From Acutalibacteraceae bacterium (lineage in GTDB: Bacteria > Bacillota > Clostridia > Oscillospirales > Acutalibacteraceae), in contig JAZORP010000054.1 in assembly GCA_045656665.1 (NCBI GenBank), positions 1 to 62,451 on the forward strand: a stretch of DNA of 62,451 nucleotides. Reading direction: 5' to 3'. A program made the translations under genes and the position numbers. This document shows positions 62,401-62,451 of this stretch, piece by piece. How positions within the stretch are numbered: the stretch's first letter is position 1; each line of letters starts with the position of its first letter. A model generated the notes under the pieces. That model saw only the letters and a program-made list of their open reading frames with translations. It made no database searches and was not told the origin of the DNA.

Positions 62401-62451
62401 AATTATGTAGGGACCGGCGTCCTCGACGGTCCGCAAACGATATTTTTGATA
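62401..62451. repeat. MITE-like repeat, partial copy truncated by the window end
   Basis: AATTATGTAGGGACCGGCG-loop-CGGTCCGCAAACGATATTTTTGATA parallels 41113-41160. Confidence 0.5.

Overview
This 62.4-kb segment has the gene content and layout of an anaerobic Firmicute, probably Clostridia. That placement is inferred from synteny and motifs, not from a search. The synteny markers are metG-tatD, holB-ricT and smpB-ssrA. The window also has a clostridial 2x[4Fe-4S] ferredoxin, rubredoxin, a flavodiiron protein and an OadB-type Na+ pump. Most of the window is ordinary housekeeping: eno, rlmB, metG, tatD, a beta-CASP RNase, PBP1A, pstSCAB-phoU, malQ, nagA, birA, trpS, holB, smpB, tmRNA, yfhO and a uracil permease. 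Four parts stand out. (1) 21.8-31.8 kb, minus strand, is a 13-gene bacterial microcompartment (BMC) operon. Its signature enzyme is a class II aldolase (PVM-like type); there is no diol dehydratase, ethanolamine lyase or glycyl radical enzyme. (2) 44.6-47.5 kb holds tRNA-Pro(UGG), a decayed 5' copy of it, and a sharply AT-rich 2.5-kb island. The island encodes a tandem-HTH XRE regulator and two unrecognisable membrane-anchored proteins. (3) 48.25-51.4 kb, minus strand, is the best candidate for an undescribed system. It contains a secreted cohesin-like repeat protein, an unannotated 42-codon ORF, an intrinsic terminator/attenuator, an HPr-kinase-like P-loop protein, a PqqD/RRE protein and a membrane-anchor-less SipW-type S26 peptidase. 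The ORF has a YxxP leader and a Gly/Thr-rich core, and no known RiPP core enzyme is present. (4) A MITE-like intergenic repeat family has copies at 41.0-41.3 kb, 47.68 kb, 48.1-48.24 kb and the window end. Smaller oddities are a degenerate P1B-type ATPase fossil, a circularly permuted PstS and an N/Q/K/D-rich micro-ORF between two terminators. Five short genes are missing from the ORF track: an OadG-like peptide, rubredoxin, ferredoxin, the micro-ORF and the precursor-like peptide. No CRISPR array, rRNA, transposase or integrase was seen. All calls come from reading the sequence and the ORF track by eye; no database search was run.
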